Assembly: GCF_030684315.1 (NCBI RefSeq)
Contig: NC_081374.1
Location: forward strand, 38,972,630 to 39,036,629
Origin: Stegostoma tigrinum
Lineage: Eukaryota
Length of the DNA stretch: 64,000 bases
Direction of reading: 5' to 3'
Below the pieces are notes generated by a model. It was not told the origin of the DNA and ran no database searches. It saw nothing but the letters and a program-made list of their open reading frames with translations. The position numbers were made by a program, and so were the translations under genes. Position 1 is the first letter of the stretch; each line of letters begins with the position of its first letter. This document shows positions 63,102 through 64,000 of the stretch, one piece after another.

Positions 63102-64000
63102 CTGTGAAGAAAATCATCCATGTTTAAAATAAAAATTAGATTTAGCAAAAGATAACATCATTGCAATGCATTTACATCGGGTGGCCAAGGCAGGATACAT
63201 TCAGATACTGTTACACTTGTTAAATGTAATCCAATGTATTTAGAGTGAAGAAAAATCAGATTAACATCCAGCTGGAACAAAGTTAAAATAATAAACAGAA
63301 GTTTCAATACATACATAAAGGGGTTTTTACAATTCCACCTATATTCCAATTTGTTAAGTTCTGGACGGCGGAGGTTCAATCAGATTTGGGGATCCACAGA
63401 TAGATCAAGATGTCAAGAACAGATAATAAAAAAAAAACTTCCCTTTATACATAAACTAGAAAACAAATGGGGTGAAGTCATTATTCAGTTGTACAAATCC
63501 CAGGTGAGACCACATCTATTGATTGAACACTCATGGATACCCTGGAAAGGTTGAAATTTTGGGACTGTGCAGCATAGATTTACCAGCATGATATCTGTAC
63601 TCAAATAGTTAGGGCAAGTTACACAAAACAGTGTAGAAATACCTGCGTTATAGAAGGTTAAAGATTAGATTAAAGTTTTCATTCAGCTTTGTCTGGTCAG
63701 CAAACTTGTAGCTTTAAGTTCCTCATCTAAATCATTACTAAATATTGTGATTAGCTTGGATTGAAAACATTGGTCCCCATGATATCCCATTAGACATTGG
63801 GAGTAACTTGCAACATTGTGCACATCTCTTGGGCTTCAAGGCAGAGTTTCTTCGATTGCAGTGGCAAGTTGCCCATCAATAGGGACTATTTGTTCACCCA
63901 TCTTATTAAGTGCACATTTCACCTCATTATTGTGTCAATTCCTAACTTACCAAACATGCTGAAAAATGCTAGATGCTGAGATTTCTTAATACTGAAGTCA

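Overview
This is eukaryotic, repeat-rich vertebrate DNA, most likely from a shark. That inference rests on HE1-type V-SINEs, Deu-type SINEs and abundant CR1 and Penelope-like elements. Two convergent protein-coding genes are supported. APOBEC2 (+) has its complete 222-aa CDS in two exons, 25804-25937 and 38553-39087, with a 3'UTR intron starting at 39091. OARD1/TARG1 (-) has its last three coding exons at 63101-63043, 62629-62517 and 58121-57986, the same tail-to-tail arrangement as in human. Most other ORFs in the track are retroelement remnants (CR1, Rex/Babar, Tx1, Penelope) or noise. The most striking non-genic signal is a family of Penelope-derived fold-back insertions with 13-15 bp target duplications. 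They range from about 110-220 bp hairpins to a 1.9 kb inverted copy inside APOBEC2 intron 1. Many carry a minimal hammerhead-ribozyme core (CUGAUGA-stem-GAAACGUC), some on both strands. Apparent recombination between two of these insertions produced a 3 x 565 bp tandem array with regularly spaced hammerheads. Repeat boundaries are approximate because they were read by eye.
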